IMG/VR virus record: IMGVR_UViG_3300045988_111105
Span: 1 to 41,695 of that record
Strand: one strand, 5' to 3'
DNA length: 41,695 bases
Source of the DNA: a virus
Position numbers and translations under genes: made by a program
Shown here: piece after piece, positions 41,238 through 41,695 of the stretch
How the letters are laid out: each line of letters starts with the position of its first letter
Position numbering within the stretch: position 1 is the stretch's first letter
Notes under the pieces: model-generated
The model's database searches: none
Seen by the model: the letters and a program-made list of their open reading frames with translations, nothing else
What the model was told of the DNA's origin: nothing

Positions 41238-41695
41238 ATGTATAAATACGGTGACATTGTATTAGACGATTTAGAAGGCTTTGGAATAAAAGAAATAGAT
41301 ATGCCTATGCTACCTCCTTCTGAATCTGATTCTATTGAAACATGGAGCGATAACGGAGATATTTTTAGTGGAAGTAGAAAGAAAAAACGACAAATAAGCA
41401 TTAAATTTTGTGTTGAATGTGATGATAAGGATACTTATGATACTACTGTAGATGCTATAGCAGATGCTTTTGATGTAGATACTCCACAAGCTTTTTACAT
41501 AGAAGATGAAGAAAAATTTATTTACTGTATTCCAGAAGATGAAGTAGAGTTCGGGGATATAGTTATTAGAGATAATAAATGTTATGGTGAGGGAAGTGTG
41601 TCCTTAATGGCATACGACCCTTATTTTTATATAGAAGAAGCTAAAATATTCGAAGGTGATAAAAAAATTATTTATTCGAATGAAGGTAAAAAGCC
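41238..41695 (+). CDS. Distal tail protein (Dit), 5' part; continues at position 78 / 1..1629
   Basis: The ATG overlaps the TMP stop (TAAATG). The N-terminal sequence MYKYGDIVLDDLEGFGIKEIDMP...SGSRKKKRQISIKF is typical of the siphovirus tail family. The ORF is open to the end of the window. Confidence 0.8.
   Translation, partial: MYKYGDIVLDDLEGFGIKEIDMPMLPPSESDSIETWSDNGDIFSGSRKKKRQISIKFCVECDDKDTYDTTVDAIADAFDVDTPQAFYIEDEEKFIYCIPEDEVEFGDIVIRDNKCYGEGSVSLMAYDPYFYIEEAKIFEGDKKIIYSNEGKK
41619..41695. repeat. Second copy of the 77-bp terminal overlap
   Basis: Identical to 1-77. Confidence 0.9.

Overview
The window is a complete, circularly closed genome of a temperate siphovirus. The unit length is about 41,618 bp, because bases 1-77 recur exactly at 41619-41695. 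The DNA is very AT-rich, which suggests a Clostridium-like Firmicute host; that host call is inference only. Nearly all genes are on the + strand. In order they are: the tail tip module (Dit, which wraps across the window ends, then a 1440-aa multi-hydrolase Tal, a collagen-like tail fibre, and an M14-peptidase/LamG tail protein); an acyltransferase moron with its own promoter and terminator; the lysis cassette (XhlA-like protein, holin, Amidase_2/SH3 endolysin); an attP region with repeated TTACTGAC sites; a minus-strand lysogeny block (tyrosine integrase, lipoprotein, small TM protein, XRE-type repressor); a Cro-like gene followed by the early operon (Rha/KilAC antirepressor, Bet-family annealing protein, DnaD-type replisome organiser, DnaC-like loader); a second regulatory node (minus-strand RHH gene divergent from an AntA-domain gene); middle genes (three tandem paralogs, VRR-NUC, a phage sigma factor, YopX, an ArpU/RinA-like activator); a 425-nt noncoding locus with a tRNA-like module; then packaging, head and tail genes. 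The strongest signal is an ORF-less, IA-type group I intron of 280 nt (38060-38339) that splits the tape measure gene. P1-P9 and the P/Q/R/S core elements can all be read directly from the sequence. Other notable items are a perfect LexA (Cheo) box in front of a 37-aa ORF convergent with a repressor that has no S24 autocleavage domain, a P22 immI-like RHH/antirepressor node, matching leader motifs with terminators ahead of both lysis transcription units, a canonical GGGAAAG -1 frameshift site in the tail chaperone genes, and a tail-fibre gene relic marking a module swap. No CRISPR array, rRNA, canonical tRNA or transposase was found.
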